Of a stretch of DNA of 64,000 nt, positions 59,872 through 64,000 are shown one piece after another. Position numbers and translations under genes: made by a program. The number at the start of each line of letters is the position of its first letter. Within the stretch, counting starts at the first letter, position 1. This DNA comes from Syntrophomonadaceae bacterium (GTDB lineage: Bacteria > Bacillota > Syntrophomonadia > Syntrophomonadales > Syntrophomonadaceae): the NCBI GenBank assembly GCA_012511795.1, contig JAAZFJ010000162.1, forward strand, positions 66 to 64,065. The letters are read 5' to 3'. The notes below the pieces were generated by a model that was given only the letters and a program-made list of their open reading frames with translations, did no database searches and had not been told where the DNA came from.

Positions 59872-60324
59872 ATGAGTAAATCGATAAGACCCGGTTGGGA
59901 AGAATACTTCTTACAAGTAGCAGATCTGGTGGCCAGCCGTTCCACTTGTCTTCGCAGGCAGGTAGGAGCAGTACTGGTGCGCGATGAACGAATCATAGCT
60001 ACCGGATATAATGGTGCACCAAGGGGTATTGGTCATTGCTTGGACATCGGTTGTCTGCGGGATGAAATGGGTATTCCTTCGGGTGAACGTTATGAATTAT
60101 GCAGGGGGGTTCATGCAGAACAAAATGCCATAATAAGTGCGGCTTATTATGGCGTACCCACCCAGAATGCTGTTTTGTATTGTACAAATCAGCCCTGTAT
60201 AATTTGTGCACGGATGATAATAAATGCTGGTATAATTAAGGTGGTTCACCGGGGCAACTTTGTTGATGACTTGGCATTGGATTTTATGGAAGAAGCAGGT
60301 ATAGAGCTGGTAATTAGAAAATAA
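59872..60324 (+). CDS. dCMP deaminase / ComEB family
   Basis: [27 protein letters not shown]. Confidence 0.92.
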   Translation: MSKSIRPGWEEYFLQVADLVASRSTCLRRQVGAVLVRDERIIATGYNGAPRGIGHCLDIGCLRDEMGIPSGERYELCRGVHAEQNAIISAAYYGVPTQNAVLYCTNQPCIICARMIINAGIIKVVHRGNFVDDLALDFMEEAGIELVIRK

Positions 60325-60356
60325 AATCATATTATCATCAGGTGAAAGGAAAAGAT

Positions 60357-60698
60357 ATGGATACAAAAACTTTGTCCTTACCCAAATTAAACCGATTAAG
60401 TCCTAATTTGGAGTCTACTGCCTTAAAGCTGATGGAGGAAGCAGGAGAACTGGCCCAGGCAATAGGCAAATACCGAGGGCTAAGTGGTGAAAAAATTTGT
60501 TTCGATGAAGATACGGTGATCAAAGAGATAGCCAAAGAGTTGCTGGATGTGGCACAGACGGCCATTACCATGATGTTTGTCATGGAGGAAGATTTTGGTG
60601 TAGATGTTGACTCTTTATTAAGAGAACATTGGGCTAAGTTAGAACGTAAAGGCTATCTGGAAATAGATTATTCAAATAATTTACCCCACATTAAATAG
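60357..60698 (+). CDS. MazG-like nucleotide pyrophosphohydrolase domain protein
   Basis: KLMEEAGELAQAIGK..ELLDVAQ. Confidence 0.85.
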   Translation: MDTKTLSLPKLNRLSPNLESTALKLMEEAGELAQAIGKYRGLSGEKICFDEDTVIKEIAKELLDVAQTAITMMFVMEEDFGVDVDSLLREHWAKLERKGYLEIDYSNNLPHIK

Positions 60699-60780
60699 GG
60701 TTTTTATGACAAAATCACTGAATATTCCGAATTATCAACGATAGTTTTCTATACATGTAAGGTATTTTTCATTGAGTAAA

Positions 60781-60807
60781 AAAGGATTTTAGTTTTTCAT
60801 GACGAAT
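60781..60807 (+). promoter_or_regulatory. SigH-consensus promoter upstream of the atp operon
   Basis: AAAGGATTT-N11-GACGAAT, 50 nt before the first atp gene. Confidence 0.6.
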
Positions 60808-60857
60808 ACCAAACTAGGTCATCGAAAGAATAAAACATAGTTAGAAGAGGTGAATAA

Positions 60858-61109
60858 ATGCCTCAACAAAATAAACATTGGGCTAGATCACTCAGTGATG
60901 CGCTAAATTTAACAACGACCATTGTAGCGGCAGTAGCCGTAGGGTATTTTGCCGGGAAATGGCTGGATGGAAAGTTTGATACCGAACCATGGCTAACAGT
61001 GGCTGGTTTTTTGTTGGGGTTGGCAACTGCATTTAAAGTAATCTGGGAAAGAATGAATGCAGATCAAAAAAATACGGTAAAGGAATACAAAAAAAATGAT
61101 AAACCTTAG
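60858..61109 (+). CDS. AtpZ/AtpI-family ATP synthase accessory protein (gene 1)
   Basis: G..AGKWLDGKFDTEPW..GFLLG motif; first gene of the atp operon. Confidence 0.85.
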   Translation: MPQQNKHWARSLSDALNLTTTIVAAVAVGYFAGKWLDGKFDTEPWLTVAGFLLGLATAFKVIWERMNADQKNTVKEYKKNDKP

Positions 61110-61226
61110 TTAAAATTGAAGTCATCCAAAGTTTATGCTTTGGTTGAAAGTTTTTGGGCAGTCTTTGGGGAGGGACTGGACGGAAACTATAGTGTTTAAA
61201 TCCAATTTAGGAAGGGGGGAAAAAGA

Positions 61227-61910
61227 ATGATATTTGGTATGCACGATGGTGTCCTGTTTAATATTGGCCCGATTCCTGTTGATCATCTGGTTGTTACACA
61301 ATGGGTAATTATAGCTTTATTAGGCACTATTGCATTTTTTGCTACTAGGAATATGCAGGAAGTACCTCGTGGATTACAAAATGCTTTTGAAGCAATTATT
61401 ACCTGGGCCAACGATTTCTTCACTCAATTGATGGATAAACCGCATGTCGCCAAAAAATGGGCCCCATTGCTTACCACTTTTTTCTTGTTTATTCTGGTAA
61501 GCAATTATAGTGGACTCCTTCCTGGTTCTGCTACTGTTGACGGATTCCAACCGCCGACCAGTAACTGGAATGTCACCATGACTTTAGCCTTGATTACTTT
61601 TTTCTCTATTCATGTGGCCGGTTTCGCGGAACACAGCTTGCATTATTTTGGGCATTTCGTCAGCCCCAGCCCACTAATGTTACCATTAAATCTTGTGGAA
61701 GAAGTGGCGCATCCGCTTTCCCTGACAGTCCGTCTATTCGGAAATATTTTTGGTGAAGAAATGGTAATTGCCTATTTGCTGTTCTTAGCACCATTTGTTG
61801 TTCCGGCAGCGATCATGGGGTTAAGTTTACTATTAGGAGCAATTCAGGCAATTGTATTCACAATTTTGTCGGCCAGCTATATAGCGGCGGCATCTGGAGA
61901 AGGTCATTAG
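61227..61910 (+). CDS. atpB: F0F1 ATP synthase subunit a
   Basis: VPRGLQN, PPTS, LSLTVRLFGNIFGEE, IQAIVF. Confidence 0.97.
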   Translation: MIFGMHDGVLFNIGPIPVDHLVVTQWVIIALLGTIAFFATRNMQEVPRGLQNAFEAIITWANDFFTQLMDKPHVAKKWAPLLTTFFLFILVSNYSGLLPGSATVDGFQPPTSNWNVTMTLALITFFSIHVAGFAEHSLHYFGHFVSPSPLMLPLNLVEEVAHPLSLTVRLFGNIFGEEMVIAYLLFLAPFVVPAAIMGLSLLLGAIQAIVFTILSASYIAAASGEGH

Positions 61911-61947
61911 ACAATTTATTTTTATTAATTTTTAGCTCAATGTATAA

Positions 61948-62196
<249 letters not shown>

Positions 62197-62231
62197 GCAG
62201 AACACAGCAACCTTATACCACCTGGATTTAG

Positions 62232-62289
62232 ATTTGTGGGCGATAGGGCACCTGTCTATCAGGCAGTACCAAGCTCTATCGCCTCAAAT
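62232..62289 (+). promoter_or_regulatory. Long intergenic stem-loop between atpE and atpF
   Basis: ATTTG-TGGGCGATAGGGC pairs with GCTCTATCGCCT-CAAAT; inner hairpin CTGTCT/AGGCAG. Confidence 0.65.
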
Positions 62290-62324
62290 ACTATTTTGTA
62301 GTAAAGATTGGAGGTAGCACATCC

Positions 62325-62942
62325 GTGATAAGGGATAAAAGGTTTTATTTATCGGTCCTCCTTTTAACCATGGTTATGGTCCTGGGATTTGCCACCTTCT
62401 GCATGGCTGCATCAGGAAGCGGAGCTATTCCTGAACCTGCAGGGGAGACACCTGTATTTGGAAACTTTTTTGTAATTGGTTGGACAGCAGTAAACTTTTT
62501 CGTATTGCTGGCTTTGCTGTATAAATTCGCATTCAATCCTATAAACGCTATGCTGGATCAAAGAACCACTACAATCGAAAGTTCCTTAAAACATGCAGAG
62601 GAAGTAAGAATAGAAGTAGAACAAATGAAGAAAGAAACCCAGGCTAATCTTGCTGAATCACGTAAAGAAGCTCAGGAGATCGTTGCCAGAGCAACTAAAG
62701 CGGCTGAGGACGCAAAAACAGAAATTATAAATAAAGCACGTGAGGAAGCCGATAATTATAAGATAAAGGCCAAAGCAGAAATTGAAGCCGCAACAGAACA
62801 AGCGAAAATGGAATTAAAAGATACTTCTGCCGCACTAGCCATCATGGCAGCGGAAAAGTTATTAGGCAGAGCTATTACTGAGGAAGATCATAAGAAGATG
62901 GTCGATCAATTTGTTAATGAAGCAGGAGACATGCTATGTTAA
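62325..62942 (+). CDS. atpF: F0F1 ATP synthase subunit b with N-terminal signal-like extension
   Basis: NFFVLLALLYKFAFNPI..LDQR followed by a coiled coil. RBS GGAGG precedes GTG 62325. Confidence 0.94.
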   Translation: MIRDKRFYLSVLLLTMVMVLGFATFCMAASGSGAIPEPAGETPVFGNFFVIGWTAVNFFVLLALLYKFAFNPINAMLDQRTTTIESSLKHAEEVRIEVEQMKKETQANLAESRKEAQEIVARATKAAEDAKTEIINKAREEADNYKIKAKAEIEAATEQAKMELKDTSAALAIMAAEKLLGRAITEEDHKKMVDQFVNEAGDMLC

Positions 62943-63484
62943 ACAAGAGCGTCGCTAGGCGCTATGCTGAAGCTTTCTTTAGCATTGCCCGGGAAGCAGA
63001 AAAAATCGACGAGTTTCAACTGGAACTGCAGGCAGTAGTCGATACCATCAAAGAGGTAGAGAACCTGCAAGAGTATTTCAGCCATTTACTTATTCCTGCC
63101 AAAGAAAAGAAGGAAATTGCCGCTAAAATATTTAAAGGCAAGATTTCTCCTATGACTTTGAACTTTCTGATGATGGTGCTTGACAAACGTCGTCAGGCTT
63201 ATTTGGAAAGTATACTCGAGGAATATAAGGATATGGCAAATGAAGTGAAGAATATCACTAAAGCAGATCTTATTTCAGCCCAGGAGGTCCCGGAAGTGGA
63301 AGTAAAATCACTTCAAGAAAAACTTTCCGCTTCAACAGGGAAAACGGTACAGTTGAAACAAACAGTCGATCCTTCGCTGTTAGGCGGAATCAAGATACGA
63401 ATAGGCGACCAGATAATGGACGGTACAATTGCCAAGAAACTGGAAATGCTAAAGACGCAATTAAAACAAGCAAAGATAAGTTAA
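62936..63484 (+). CDS. atpH: F0F1 ATP synthase subunit delta
   Basis: VARRYAEA, VDPSLLGG, MDGTI. Confidence 0.96.
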   Translation: MLNKSVARRYAEAFFSIAREAEKIDEFQLELQAVVDTIKEVENLQEYFSHLLIPAKEKKEIAAKIFKGKISPMTLNFLMMVLDKRRQAYLESILEEYKDMANEVKNITKADLISAQEVPEVEVKSLQEKLSASTGKTVQLKQTVDPSLLGGIKIRIGDQIMDGTIAKKLEMLKTQLKQAKIS

Positions 63485-63505
63485 ACGATAGGGGTGAGCA
63501 TGTAA

Positions 63506-64000
<495 letters not shown>

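Overview
AT-rich, gene-dense chromosomal segment of an anaerobic, probably spore-forming Firmicute. Gene content and order suggest Syntrophomonadaceae or related Clostridia; this is inference. Most of the window is origin-proximal core genome. It carries the selenocysteine machinery (3' end of selB, tRNA-Sec, and selD with an in-frame UGA plus SECIS-like hairpin) wrapped around a livKHMGF branched-chain amino acid ABC operon. Then come rpsF-ssb-rpsR with its leader RNA, rplI-lonC, tRNA-Gly(CCC), a SCIFF ranthipeptide precursor/radical SAM pair, murA-htrA-rlmH-asnS, envelope and spore genes, argS, a tail-less rpoE-like gene, pyrG, two tandem acyl-CoA:acetate CoA-transferases, femX-alr, spo0F-fba-tal-glpX-rho, rpmE-prfA-prmC-tsaC, rpiB-glyA and the start of the F1Fo ATP synthase operon. 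I found no integrase, transposase, prophage or CRISPR array. The most unusual signal is a small non-coding repeat family. Three ~55-bp tandem units begin at the 3' end of tRNA-Gly and lie upstream of the SCIFF gene, and a related inverted copy lies ~4 kb away behind the rpsR terminator. The copies keep two mini-hairpins with GNA/GAAA loops, tandem G.A mismatches and a compensatory base change, which points to a structured ssDNA or RNA element. All calls are by eye from motifs and synteny; no searches were run.
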